A stretch of DNA of 64,000 bases, taken from assembly GCA_021846685.1 (NCBI GenBank), contig JAJZWL010000004.1, positions 7,899 to 71,898 of the forward strand, given 5' to 3'. Origin of the DNA: a bacterium (GTDB taxonomy: Bacteria; Patescibacteriota; Dojkabacteria; JAKAPS01; JAJZLI01). The translations under genes and the position numbers were made by a program. The notes under the pieces are model-generated. The model had not been told where the DNA came from, did not search any database, and saw nothing but the letters and a program-made list of their open reading frames with translations. Every line of letters begins with the position of its first letter. Within the stretch, counting starts at the first letter, position 1. This document shows, one piece after another, positions 1 to 10,500 of the stretch.

Positions 1-40
1 CTCCCAAAAATACCTTGTTATCTAAATCTCTTTTTAACAT
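1..40 (-). CDS. N-terminus of a probable PspC-domain protein (runs off the window edge)
   Basis: Minus-strand ATG at 40 reads MLKRDLDNKVFLG, resembling the PspC N-terminal pattern (L.R...+.+.GV); only 13 codons visible. Confidence 0.4.
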   Translation of the reverse strand, partial: MLKRDLDNKVFLG

Positions 41-82
41 AATATAAAGATTTTAAATGAAAAATCTTTATATTGCAACCTT

Positions 83-1762
83 TCATTTATTTTCTAATAT
101 GAAAGATATTTCTCTTTCTTTTCTGCCAAGCGATCTTAAAAGAATTTCCACCATAGTTTTTGCAGCTTCATTTTCAGGTTCTATCACAAATTCTACTCCT
201 GAATCAATTAGAATTTCTTTATGCTTAGGAAGGTGTGATCTTGCTATTACTTTAATCTTATTATTTATTTTTTTTGAAATTGTAGTGATCTTATAATTAA
301 TTTCTATATCAGGAGTCGTAATAATAATGATTTCTGCTTCTTCTATTCCTGCTATTTTAAGTATTTCTAGAGATTCTCCATTTCCATATATGAACTCAAT
401 ATTTTTATTTTTTTGTGCCTCTATAATAGATTTATTAAAATCAATAATATTCAATTTTACTCCATTTGTAGATAGTATATTTGCAATTGTTCTTCCTAAT
501 CTCCCATATCCTACTAATATAATTTTATCTTTTTTCATTAATTCGTGAGATACAATTACTCTTCTTTCTAATTGTTTCTTTTTTGTTATTTTATAAAAGA
601 TATCTACTATATAATTATATATTTTTATATCATTTTTAATTATAAATGGAGAAATAAGCATTGTAATTATCGTTACAGATAAAAGTAGATGATAGTTATT
701 AAATGTTATAAGTTTATATGAAAAAGCAGTTGCTGCTATGATAAACGAGAATTCTCCTGCTTGAAACATATTTATTGAGATTATAAATGATTCTAAATAG
801 TGAAACTTTGACTGTTTAAGTATAATAAATGTAAATAAAGTTTTTATCACTATTAAAAATATAACAACTCCTATTATTGTGAAAAAATTCTCTAATATAA
901 ATGATAGTGGAGTTAAAGTCCCTATAAGTACAAAGAAAAATACAGAGAATATATCCTTCAAAGGCCGGATTTCTGAAGATATTTCATGATTCATCATTCC
1001 TTTTGAAATTATTAATCCTGCAATAAATGCTCCAATTGCAGGTGATATACCTATGACATATGATACAGTTATCATAATAAAAAGAATTGCTATAACTGCA
1101 ATAATTAAAAGTTCTCTCACCTCTGTTTTTGCAATCTCTTTTAATATATATGGAATTGTTATTGAGCCGAGGTAATAGATTATAATCAAGAGTAATATAC
1201 TTTTAAGGACTAATGATATTATGGATATTATAATTGTATTTCCAATTAATTTTTGAGAGAGATCCTCTATAAGGATTATAATAGGTATAGATATTAAATC
1301 TTGTAACATTAGCCATGCTATTGTTATTTCTCCTTCATTTGAATAATTTCGTTCTAAATCTTTAAGTATTTTACTTACTATGATAGTAGAGCTAAATGAT
1401 AGTGCTGATGCTATTATAAAGCTCTGTACTACACCTATTTTTAAAAATATTAATAAGAAAGATACAATTACTGTATTTAATATAAATTGTATAATTATTC
1501 CTCTAATAATTATACCTTTATATTTAATTATTTTTTCTAGTGAAAACTCAGTTCCTGTATAAAATATTAATAAGGCAACTCCTATATAGGATAAACTTTG
1601 AATATATACTGTTGAAGATTTATTGTAAGACAGTATAGTTCCTACAAGTACTCCTATTAGTATGTAACCAACTACAGTATATTGCTTTAATCTTACTGAT
1701 AAGTATCCTCCTATTAAAGCTAAAGTTAATATAACTGTTGTGTATATTATAAGTGCATTCAT
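83..1762 (-). CDS. Cation:proton antiporter (CPA2/Kef type) with C-terminal TrkA-N (KTN) domain
   Basis: Multi-TM N-terminus with SSTIIV..L, LQD, GAFIAG and GEFSF motifs; C-terminal Rossmann motif GYGRLG. Confidence 0.9.
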   Translation of the reverse strand: MNALIIYTTVILTLALIGGYLSVRLKQYTVVGYILIGVLVGTILSYNKSSTVYIQSLSYIGVALLIFYTGTEFSLEKIIKYKGIIIRGIIIQFILNTVIVSFLLIFLKIGVVQSFIIASALSFSSTIIVSKILKDLERNYSNEGEITIAWLMLQDLISIPIIILIEDLSQKLIGNTIIISIISLVLKSILLLIIIYYLGSITIPYILKEIAKTEVRELLIIAVIAILFIMITVSYVIGISPAIGAFIAGLIISKGMMNHEISSEIRPLKDIFSVFFFVLIGTLTPLSFILENFFTIIGVVIFLIVIKTLFTFIILKQSKFHYLESFIISINMFQAGEFSFIIAATAFSYKLITFNNYHLLLSVTIITMLISPFIIKNDIKIYNYIVDIFYKITKKKQLERRVIVSHELMKKDKIILVGYGRLGRTIANILSTNGVKLNIIDFNKSIIEAQKNKNIEFIYGNGESLEILKIAGIEEAEIIIITTPDIEINYKITTISKKINNKIKVIARSHLPKHKEILIDSGVEFVIEPENEAAKTMVEILLRSLGRKEREISFILENK

Positions 1763-2118
1763 TATATTATTCTCTTGACTTCTTCGACTATCTGAGAAGG
1801 GAGTAGTTCGGCTTTAATTAAATAAGCACTTACTCCTAAACTATATGCTTGATTAATGATTGCAGGAACTTCTAAATTTGAAATTATTATAACTTTTTTA
1901 TCCTTATTTCTTTCTTTGATTTTTCTTAATACTTCTAAACCTTGTATATCAGGAAGCATAATATCTAAAAGTATAACATCATACTCAAATGTAGAATCCT
2001 TATCAATCGCATCTTTTCCTGTTTCAGCAATATCATACTCAATCCCAGAAAACTTTAATTCTTCCTGGTATATATTTAATAAATCTTTGTCATCTTCTAC
2101 TAATAATATCTTTGTCAT
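1762..2118 (-). CDS. Single-domain response regulator (receiver only)
   Basis: KILLVEDD, LLDIMLPD phosphoacceptor and YLIK motifs; 118 aa. Confidence 0.92.
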   Translation of the reverse strand: MTKILLVEDDKDLLNIYQEELKFSGIEYDIAETGKDAIDKDSTFEYDVILLDIMLPDIQGLEVLRKIKERNKDKKVIIISNLEVPAIINQAYSLGVSAYLIKAELLPSQIVEEVKRII

Positions 2119-3359
2119 AATGGAATTTTGATTTTAAATGTAGTTCCTACACCTTCTATTGATATGATTTCAAAAATACCTCTATGAGATTCTATGATGA
2201 GGTGAGAAATATATAGATTTAAACCCTTATCTCCTAAATCTCTAATAGTATTAAATATATCTTCTTTGTTTGATAAGATTCTTTTAACTTCATTTTTATT
2301 TATACCTATACTATCATCTTTTACCTCAATAAACCAAAATTTATCATCAATATATGAATTTAAAGATACTTCAGATCTAGATTTTCCAAATGAATAAGAT
2401 AATATGTTAACTATTGCTATTTTCATTTTATCGCTATCAAATACACCTAATTTCTTTTCACCTATATTTATTTGATGAACGTATTTTATTTTTGTAATTT
2501 TTTCTTGAGCCTTAAATTCCGTAGTTATATTTTCTAAAAATGTATATATATAATTTTCAGAAGGAGTTATCATAATTTTATTATTTTGAAGTGTTAATAT
2601 ACTTAATAGATCTGCGAGAAGCATTTCTAACTTTCTTGTGTTAGAATCTATTTTTTCTAAATATTCTTTCTGCGGTTGATTTAATTTCCCTACTCTTTGA
2701 TTTAGAAGTAATTCTATATATCCTTCAATTACTGAAATAGGGGTCTTAACTTTATGAGCACTTATTCCTATAAATTCATTTTTCATCAAATTTAATTTCT
2801 CACTTTCCTTACTTTTTATAATTGTATTATTTAATAGTTTTTCACTTTTTTTTAATTTTTCACTTAACCAGCCTGTAATTACACCTATAAATATTATGAT
2901 AAAAGCAGTACTTAAAATTTCAGGATAATTTGTATTAAAAAATGATTCTATAAAGGCATATGATATTGCAGCAACCAAACTTTCAGCCAATGCTGCACTT
3001 AATCCATATTCTATTGTATCAAATGCTATTGAAAGAATGATAAACAGGAATAAATATGTTCCTAATAAGTTAGTATAAAATAAAAGAAGTATTATCATAG
3101 CACCATCTACTGCAGATACTACAGCTCCTATGGCTTCTGTAGGGAATTTTTTCGATACTGATAATATCGTACCAATATTTCTATATACTTCAGATATTAA
3201 AAATATAAATATTATGATAAACAATGATGCGTAGGAAAGCTTGAAATATACAGCAGACAAGAATAGCAATATTTTAATAAATATTCTTAGAAATATCACT
3301 GAAGCTACAGGAGTAGATAACCTAGAATCCTCTGCAAACTTAATTACTTTTTTATACAT
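2115..3359 (-). CDS. Membrane sensor histidine kinase-like protein with degenerate ATPase domain
   Basis: TM N-terminus; H-box AHKVKTP; C-terminal GVGTTFKIKIP; N, G1 and G2 boxes altered. Confidence 0.8.
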   Translation of the reverse strand: MYKKVIKFAEDSRLSTPVASVIFLRIFIKILLFLSAVYFKLSYASLFIIIFIFLISEVYRNIGTILSVSKKFPTEAIGAVVSAVDGAMIILLLFYTNLLGTYLFLFIILSIAFDTIEYGLSAALAESLVAAISYAFIESFFNTNYPEILSTAFIIIFIGVITGWLSEKLKKSEKLLNNTIIKSKESEKLNLMKNEFIGISAHKVKTPISVIEGYIELLLNQRVGKLNQPQKEYLEKIDSNTRKLEMLLADLLSILTLQNNKIMITPSENYIYTFLENITTEFKAQEKITKIKYVHQINIGEKKLGVFDSDKMKIAIVNILSYSFGKSRSEVSLNSYIDDKFWFIEVKDDSIGINKNEVKRILSNKEDIFNTIRDLGDKGLNLYISHLIIESHRGIFEIISIEGVGTTFKIKIPL

Positions 3360-3371
3360 GTATATATATTA

Positions 3372-4574
3372 TTACAAAGGAAATACTAATTCAACTTTTG
3401 TACCTTTATCCTGTTCTGATTTTACGGATATAGTTCCTTTTTCAATTTCAACTAAACTTTTAACAATATAGAGACCTAATCCTAGTCCTTGAAAATTTGA
3501 ACTTAATACATTTGATGACTTATTATACTTACTAAAAATTTCTCCTATTTTGCTTTTATCTATTCCTATTCCATAATCCTGTATACTTATAGTGATAGAA
3601 TTCTCATCCATGACACTTATATTAATATCTATTTTTGAATTTAAATGAGAATATTTAATAGCATTATCAAGTATATTACTAAATATAATTTTGAGTCTAT
3701 TCTCATTGATTGTAGATTCTATTAATTGAGAGGTTGAATTTACTATTATCTCAATTCTTTTAGACTTAATATCATCATTGAATCTTTCTATGATTTCTCC
3801 TATTACGAGATTAACATTAACTTTTTGATCTTTATTAGAGCTTTTTTTGTCTAAATTAATAGATCCTAATACTTCTTCTATCAATTCATGTAGTTTATCT
3901 ACATTAGATTTTAAAAGATTAAAGTAATTTTTTTTTATCTCTTCGTCATTTGAGTACTCAATTAATTGCAAGTAACCTCTTAATGCAGCAAGGGGAGTTC
4001 TTAAGTTATGAGAAACTATTATTGTAAATTCATCTTTAACATCTACTATTTCATTACTGATATTCTCTGTGTCTGTAGTATCTTCGGTATTTGATTCTGT
4101 TTTAGTTTCTTTATTGTTTAAAAATAACATTATTAAACCAATAATAATAAGGCTGAATGCCAAAACTGGGAATATGAGCATTGAACTATATACTAATCCT
4201 ATAACTAGAAAAAATATTCCTGATATTAAAATTTCTAAAGTTACAGTCTCTATACCATATAGTAAAAAATTTATAACTAAAGATAGTAGTAATAATGCTA
4301 TTATAAGTATAATATTATTTGAAATTAAGATAATAAAGATTATAAATATAGAATCTAATGGTGGAATAAATAAATTGAAATTTTTAATTACTCTTTCTTT
4401 GAAATAATTTTCATAGAAGTAAACTATTTTAATTATTTCTAAAATTACTAGGACAGGAGCTAATATTGTAAATGCTTTTTTATTTAAAACAAAGATTATA
4501 CTAATTATCAATAATATAAATATAAATCTTAAGAATTGGTAAAAAATAATTTTTTTAGAAAGTTTTTTTCCCAT
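3372..4574 (-). CDS. Membrane sensor histidine kinase
   Basis: SHNLRTPL H-box, NILDNAIKY N-box, DYGIG G1, GLGLGL G2. Confidence 0.93.
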   Translation of the reverse strand: MGKKLSKKIIFYQFLRFIFILLIISIIFVLNKKAFTILAPVLVILEIIKIVYFYENYFKERVIKNFNLFIPPLDSIFIIFIILISNNIILIIALLLLSLVINFLLYGIETVTLEILISGIFFLVIGLVYSSMLIFPVLAFSLIIIGLIMLFLNNKETKTESNTEDTTDTENISNEIVDVKDEFTIIVSHNLRTPLAALRGYLQLIEYSNDEEIKKNYFNLLKSNVDKLHELIEEVLGSINLDKKSSNKDQKVNVNLVIGEIIERFNDDIKSKRIEIIVNSTSQLIESTINENRLKIIFSNILDNAIKYSHLNSKIDINISVMDENSITISIQDYGIGIDKSKIGEIFSKYNKSSNVLSSNFQGLGLGLYIVKSLVEIEKGTISVKSEQDKGTKVELVFPL

Positions 4575-4576
4575 AA

Positions 4577-5659
4577 CTATTTAATGTATTTTAATACTCT
4601 TTTTGCAGTCTTTTTCCAACTATATTTTTGTATATTAAGCAGAGCTTCTTCTATTAAAGCTTTTCTTAAATTTTCATTTTTATATATCATATCCATTGAA
4701 TCAACAATTTCTTCGATATTTACATTATTTACAAATATTGCTCCATCATCACCAACTACTTCTCTTAATACGGGTATATCTGAACATATAATAGGTACTT
4801 TTGAATAAGCAGCCTCTATACATGGGAGTGAAAACCCTTCGTCGAAGGTCAAAGTTATAAATAGTAATGCTTTTTTTAGTATTTCAAATTTTTCTGTATT
4901 ATTAACATTTTCTAGTATAATAATATTTTTATTTGCGCTTTTAATATCTTCTTTATTTACCCCTAATAATACTAAATTTACTGGAGTTTTATATTTCTTT
5001 TTATATTCTAAAAATGATTTTACTAATGTATCAATATTTTTATGAGGACGACTATTTCCTATATATATAAAGAATTCCTTTGATATATTATATTTTCCCA
5101 GTATATCTTCTCCTTCATAATAGGTAGTAGGGATACTAACACCTTCTCCTGTAAATTTGATTTTTTTGGTATTTTTAATTTTAAGGTATTTTATAATATC
5201 ATCTTTTACTGCTTGTGTCGGCACAAATATTTTATTAGCACCTTTTAATGTCCATTTTAAATGTAATGCATTGTATATCCTGTATTTAAAACTTACAAAA
5301 TGGGGATTTCTAACTCCTATAATATCATGTAATGTTATTATATAAGGGGTTTTCATAAAATAAATACTTCCCCATATATGAGTCCAGAATATATCTAATT
5401 TAAATTTGTCTAATTCTTTTTGTAAAGTAAATTCAGAAAATATATTTTTAGTTTTAGATTTTATAGCAACTACTTTAATATTTTTATTTTTGCTATATAT
5501 AGTTTTGTATTTGTAATATATGGGATTTCTATTGAAAATAAAGTAATAGATATTACTTTTGTCTTGTTTTACTAATTCACTAGCTATACTTTTAGTATAG
5601 TTTCCTATCCCTGTTTCCTTCTCTTCTATTTCTCGAAAATCAATTCCTATATATTTCAT
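4577..5659 (-). CDS. Glycosyltransferase family 4 (GT-B)
   Basis: TGIGNY, HD, HKN and EGFSLPCIEA motifs. Confidence 0.9.
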   Translation of the reverse strand: MKYIGIDFREIEEKETGIGNYTKSIASELVKQDKSNIYYFIFNRNPIYYKYKTIYSKNKNIKVVAIKSKTKNIFSEFTLQKELDKFKLDIFWTHIWGSIYFMKTPYIITLHDIIGVRNPHFVSFKYRIYNALHLKWTLKGANKIFVPTQAVKDDIIKYLKIKNTKKIKFTGEGVSIPTTYYEGEDILGKYNISKEFFIYIGNSRPHKNIDTLVKSFLEYKKKYKTPVNLVLLGVNKEDIKSANKNIIILENVNNTEKFEILKKALLFITLTFDEGFSLPCIEAAYSKVPIICSDIPVLREVVGDDGAIFVNNVNIEEIVDSMDMIYKNENLRKALIEEALLNIQKYSWKKTAKRVLKYIK

Positions 5660-5665
5660 AAATAA

Positions 5666-5791
5666 TTAAAACTCCAAAGGATTATTATTTCTCCAATCAG
5701 ACCTATATTGTATACATTCTAATAAATCTACTATATGGCACCTTATATCTCTTATCTCTTTAGAATCTAAAACATTCTTTTTTATCTGCAT
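5666..5791 (-). CDS. Possible 41-aa small protein (MQIKKNVLDSKEIRDIRCHIVDLLECIQYRSDWRNNNPLEF)
   Basis: Open frame ATG 5791 to TAA 5666 fills the gap upstream of the GT4 gene and ends 6 nt before its start; below the ORF-track cutoff. Confidence 0.35.
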   Translation of the reverse strand: MQIKKNVLDSKEIRDIRCHIVDLLECIQYRSDWRNNNPLEF

Positions 5792-5832
5792 AATTCTTTT
5801 TAATAATGTATTTTTAATGATATAATCATATT

Positions 5833-6936
5833 ATGAAATATGCAATAGTACATGATGATTTTATGCAAAAATTTGGAGGAGCAGAGAAAGTTGTTTATTT
5901 GCTATCTAAAATTTTTAAAGAATCAGATGTAGTAACATCTATATCTACTCAGGATAATCTTGATAAATTTGAAAGGTTGAAAACCTCTCGATTTCAGAAA
6001 TATAAATTTATAAAAAAGCATTCAAAAAAGCTTTTTTTCTTATATCCTGTAATATTTGAGGGTTTGAATTTTGATGAATATGATATAGTGATATCCTCTT
6101 CCTCTCGGTTTGCACATGGTATTATTACTTCTCCTAGTACATTACATATTTGTTATATGCATTCTCCCTCTAGATATATTTGGGATTATGCAGATTATAT
6201 GAAAATGCAAAAATTATCTTTTTTACAAAAAGGTCTTTTACCTTTTATGGTATCTTATTTAAGAGTATGGGATTATATAGCTGCTCAAAGAGTAGACTAT
6301 TTTATAGCAAATTCTAATTATACAAAAGCAAGAATTAAAAAATTTTACGGACGAGATAGTATAGTAATTTATCCTCCTGTAGAAATTGAAAAATATTTGA
6401 AATTAAAAAATTTGCAATATAAATATTATTTATATGCGGGTAGAATTGTAGAATGGAAAAGATTAGATATACTTATAGCTTCATTTAATAAATCTGGAAA
6501 GGAATTGCATATTGTAGGTAACGGAGAAGCATCATATACAAATTCTCTTAAAAAAACTGCTTTAAAAAACATTAAATTTTTTGAGAATTTAAATGATGAG
6601 GAACTCTTGAATAAATATAGAGATTGTAAAGCTGTGATTTATCCTCAAAAAGAAGATTTTGGAATTATTCCTGTTGAAGCTCAAGCTTGTGGAAAACCAG
6701 TTATAGCATATTCCAAGGGAGGGGTTTTAGAGACTATAGAGGATTTAAAAACAGGGATTTTTTTTAATGATCAGACTGAAAAATCTTTAACAGATGCAAT
6801 TGTTAGATTCGAAAAAATAGATTTTAAAAAAGAAGATTGTAGGAAATCTGCAAGGAGATTTTCAGAAGAAGTATTTAGTAAGAGTATTGTAAAGATCACA
6901 CAAGAATTATGGATAAAAAATACAAAATTGCAATAG
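5833..6936 (+). CDS. Glycosyltransferase family 4
   Basis: GGAEKV, HSPSRYIW and EDFGIIPVEAQACGKPVIA motifs. Confidence 0.92.
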   Translation: MKYAIVHDDFMQKFGGAEKVVYLLSKIFKESDVVTSISTQDNLDKFERLKTSRFQKYKFIKKHSKKLFFLYPVIFEGLNFDEYDIVISSSSRFAHGIITSPSTLHICYMHSPSRYIWDYADYMKMQKLSFLQKGLLPFMVSYLRVWDYIAAQRVDYFIANSNYTKARIKKFYGRDSIVIYPPVEIEKYLKLKNLQYKYYLYAGRIVEWKRLDILIASFNKSGKELHIVGNGEASYTNSLKKTALKNIKFFENLNDEELLNKYRDCKAVIYPQKEDFGIIPVEAQACGKPVIAYSKGGVLETIEDLKTGIFFNDQTEKSLTDAIVRFEKIDFKKEDCRKSARRFSEEVFSKSIVKITQELWIKNTKLQ

Positions 6937-7982
6937 TTACTGATTTTCTGAAAGTATATGGGGGTTTAGAAAGACAGTTGGAAGGGATTATGGATTTATT
7001 CCCAAATGCTGATATATATACTACTTTCTATGTGCCTGAAAATTTGCCAAGAAGATTTAAAGATTTTAATATTATAGAATCAAAATATAAAAATATATTT
7101 AAAATTTTATCATCTTTTGCAGTTCCTTTGTATCCAATAGCTTTTGAAGCTTTTGTATTTGAAAAATATGATGTAGTATTATCTATTAGTACCGGATTTG
7201 GAAAGGATGTTAATACAGGTGATATTAAGCATATCTCATATATACTAACTCCTCCTAGATTTCTTTGGAACCTTCCTAATTCTACTCAAGATAAATTGAA
7301 AGTAAAATTCCCAATAGAGATTTTGAATAATTATTTAAGATTGAAAGACTTTACTGCAGCTCAAGGACCTCAAAAATTAATAGCAAATTCAAAAACTGTT
7401 CAATCAAGAATAAAAAAATATTATAGAAGAGATAGTGATGTTGTATATCCATTTGTGGATACCAATAAATTTAATATCACAAAGGATTTTTCTTCTGGAC
7501 ATAGTTTTTTGATAATTTCAAGGTTAGAAAAATATAAGAATCTAGATCTTGCTATTCGGGTATTTAATAAATTAAAATTACGATTAAATATAGTTGGGAT
7601 TGGATCATATAGAAAGTACTTAGAGAGTATATCAGAAAGTAAATATATCAAATTTTATGGATATGTCTCTGATATAGAAATGGTTAGAATGCTAAATCAA
7701 ACAAAAGCATTAATATTCCCTGGTGCAGAAGATTTTGGATTAACTCCAATTGAAGCTCAAGCTTGCGGAAAACCAGTTATAGCTTTAAAAAAAGATGGGG
7801 TTTTAGAGACTGTTATAGAGGGAAAAACTGGATATTTTTTTAAAGATGAAATAGAATTAGAAGAAATTATAAAGAATTTTGATTCTACGAGTATAGATAA
7901 AATGGAATGTAGAGAAAATAGTTTACTTTTTTCTAAAGAAAGTTTTAGTATTAATTTAGAAAAAAGTTTATTTCATAAATAA
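6909..7982 (+). CDS. Glycosyltransferase family 4 (paralog of upstream gene)
   Basis: GGLER, TPPRFLW and EDFGLTPIEAQACGKPVIA motifs. Confidence 0.92.
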   Translation: MDKKYKIAIVTDFLKVYGGLERQLEGIMDLFPNADIYTTFYVPENLPRRFKDFNIIESKYKNIFKILSSFAVPLYPIAFEAFVFEKYDVVLSISTGFGKDVNTGDIKHISYILTPPRFLWNLPNSTQDKLKVKFPIEILNNYLRLKDFTAAQGPQKLIANSKTVQSRIKKYYRRDSDVVYPFVDTNKFNITKDFSSGHSFLIISRLEKYKNLDLAIRVFNKLKLRLNIVGIGSYRKYLESISESKYIKFYGYVSDIEMVRMLNQTKALIFPGAEDFGLTPIEAQACGKPVIALKKDGVLETVIEGKTGYFFKDEIELEEIIKNFDSTSIDKMECRENSLLFSKESFSINLEKSLFHK

Positions 7983-7989
7983 TTAATAT

Positions 7990-8628
7990 ATGTTGTATAA
8001 GATATTAACAAGATTCTTTGATATAGTGGGTTCTTTAGTAGCAATATTATTATTTTCTTGGTTAATGATTATTATCAGTATTTTAATTAAGTTAGATTCT
8101 GTAGGTCCTATTTTAGCAGATACCCCTGAAAGAGTAGGCAAAAATTATAAACCTTTCAAATTTTATAAATTTAGATCTATGATTCAAAATGCTCATGAAT
8201 TATTAAAAACTGATAAAAGATTTAAAAAAATATATATGGAGTACAAACAAAATAATTATAAGCTTAAAAATGACCCGAGAATTACAAAGGTAGGAAAGTT
8301 AATCCGTAAGTACAGTTTAGATGAATTACCTCAATTTTTTAATGTTCTTAAGGGAGATATGAGTCTTGTAGGTCCAAGAGCTTATTATTTTGATGAATTG
8401 GAGTATTATATTTCAAAAGATAAGAATTTTAAAAAAGATATAGAAATTATAACTTCTATAAAGCCTGGAATTACAGGTATATGGCAAGTATCTGGGAGAT
8501 CTGAAATCCCCTTTGACAAAAGAATCAAAATTGATTTAGAATATGCAAGTAGTCATTCTATCTGGAACTATTTTTTAATATTATTAAAAACCCCATTTGC
8601 GGTGTTTTCTAAGAGAGGTGCTTACTGA
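7990..8628 (+). CDS. Priming sugar transferase (polyprenyl-phosphate sugar phosphotransferase)
   Basis: RFFDI, YKFRSM, DPRIT, SLDELPQFFNV.KGDMSLVGPR and KPGITG.WQVSGR motifs. Confidence 0.95.
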   Translation: MLYKILTRFFDIVGSLVAILLFSWLMIIISILIKLDSVGPILADTPERVGKNYKPFKFYKFRSMIQNAHELLKTDKRFKKIYMEYKQNNYKLKNDPRITKVGKLIRKYSLDELPQFFNVLKGDMSLVGPRAYYFDELEYYISKDKNFKKDIEIITSIKPGITGIWQVSGRSEIPFDKRIKIDLEYASSHSIWNYFLILLKTPFAVFSKRGAY

Positions 8629-10496
8629 TGTCTGTAATAAGTCTTGATAATTATAAAAAAAATGAATCTAAAAAACCTTTTTTTAAAAAAACTTGGTTTA
8701 AAATAACTATTGTATCTGTCGTCTTTGTTCTTATTTTAGGATATTTTTTCTTATTATCCCCTTTATTGAGTTTGAAAAATAACTATGACAAGGCAAAATC
8801 TTCTATTACCTTACTAAATTATTATAAAAGTAAGAAGAATTTATCTGGAATGGAGGCTCAATTGCCTGTTTTATCCCAAAGTTTTTCTAATATGAGGGGA
8901 GAAATAGCATCATTAGGTTATTTTAATTATGTCCCATTTTTAAATAATTATTATTCTTTAGGATATAATGCTGTTTATGCAGGTTATTATTCTATTCAAG
9001 GATTTAGTAAAATCGAAAGTGGAATAAATGGAGTTGCACCTCTTTTTGGTTATAGTACTAGTAATGCTAAGACTGCTCATCCTATTACTGGAAAACAGAA
9101 AATCTATGATGTTGTGAAATCGTTACCTATATTAGCTCCTCTATTAAAAAAATCAGATCCTTATTTTATAAAAGCAAATCACTATATACAAAAAGTAAAT
9201 GTAAATTATATTCCTTCATCTTTGAATAAAAAATATAATATATCTTCTTTAAAGAAAACTTTTGCAGGTATAGTTACAGCTTTGCCTACGATTTATAATT
9301 CAACTTCGGTTTTAGAGGATGTATTAGGAGTACCTACTCCTAAAAAGTATTTATTAATGTTTGAAAATAGTGGTGAAATGAGACCTACTGGTGGGTTTAT
9401 GACAGCCTTTGGATTCGTCAATTTTAATAATGGTAATTTAGGTTCAATTACGGCTCAAAACATATATAACATATCCAATGTAATACATTATAAGCCAGTT
9501 GCTCCAAAACCTTTGTATGTATATAACGGGACTTATTATTGGCACTTAAGAGATGCTAATACATCTCCAGATGTTCCTGAGTCAGTAGCTAATATATATA
9601 AATTTTATAACTCTATATATAATGCTCCTCATATTAATGGTGTTATATTTATAGATACTTGGTTTGTAGATAATCTTATTAAAGCTGTTGGTGGAATCAC
9701 CATGCCATCTGTGTATGGAAATAATTTAGTTTTAACATCAAAAAATGCCAATTATTATATGGAATATATGGCTGAAAAATCAGGATTACCTCAGCAAGAA
9801 AGAAAAGATTTTATATCTATTATGATGCATAAACTTATATCTAAGGTATTTCATTCTACAGGTAATCAAGTATTTAAGGTATTGAATGTTGTAATTACAG
9901 ATCTTAATCAAAGACAAGTTCTCTTGTATTTTAATAATTCTAATGCAGAAAATTTAGTAAAACAATATGGTTGGGGTGGAGTAATTCCTAAAACTAATAA
10001 GTATGATTATTTACAAGTTGTAGAAGCTAATCTTGCAGGCGCAAAAGATAATTATTTTATGGGTGAAACTGTAAATGTTAATATACAAAAAACAAGTAAA
10101 GGTTATAAGCAATCAGTATCAGTTACTTGGGTAAATCCTGCAATTTATGATAATTGGTTGGTAGGACCATATTTATCATGGGTAAGAATGTATACTCCAA
10201 AAGGATCTAAATTATTAAATATGTCAGGTACGAATGGGTTTACTCAATCTTATCTTAATACTACTGTAAATAAGACTGTATTTGGAAATCATATTACGAT
10301 AAAACCTCGACTTTCTAAATCAAATCCTCCTGCAAAAGGAACATTAACATATACATATTTATTGCCTAAAAATATATCTTTGAAAAAACTTATATTTCAA
10401 AAAGAAGCGGGACTAAAAGGAGAATGGTTGAATGTACGATTTGGTAATTTTTATAAATCTCAATATATTACTTCAAATACGACTGTAAATCTATAA
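8628..10496 (+). CDS. DUF4012-domain membrane-anchored protein
   Basis: N-terminal TM; YLLMFENSGEMRPTGGF, LRDANTSPD and RMYTP.GS motifs; sits next to polysaccharide genes. Confidence 0.8.
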   Translation: MSVISLDNYKKNESKKPFFKKTWFKITIVSVVFVLILGYFFLLSPLLSLKNNYDKAKSSITLLNYYKSKKNLSGMEAQLPVLSQSFSNMRGEIASLGYFNYVPFLNNYYSLGYNAVYAGYYSIQGFSKIESGINGVAPLFGYSTSNAKTAHPITGKQKIYDVVKSLPILAPLLKKSDPYFIKANHYIQKVNVNYIPSSLNKKYNISSLKKTFAGIVTALPTIYNSTSVLEDVLGVPTPKKYLLMFENSGEMRPTGGFMTAFGFVNFNNGNLGSITAQNIYNISNVIHYKPVAPKPLYVYNGTYYWHLRDANTSPDVPESVANIYKFYNSIYNAPHINGVIFIDTWFVDNLIKAVGGITMPSVYGNNLVLTSKNANYYMEYMAEKSGLPQQERKDFISIMMHKLISKVFHSTGNQVFKVLNVVITDLNQRQVLLYFNNSNAENLVKQYGWGGVIPKTNKYDYLQVVEANLAGAKDNYFMGETVNVNIQKTSKGYKQSVSVTWVNPAIYDNWLVGPYLSWVRMYTPKGSKLLNMSGTNGFTQSYLNTTVNKTVFGNHITIKPRLSKSNPPAKGTLTYTYLLPKNISLKKLIFQKEAGLKGEWLNVRFGNFYKSQYITSNTTVNL

Positions 10497-10500
10497 ATAA

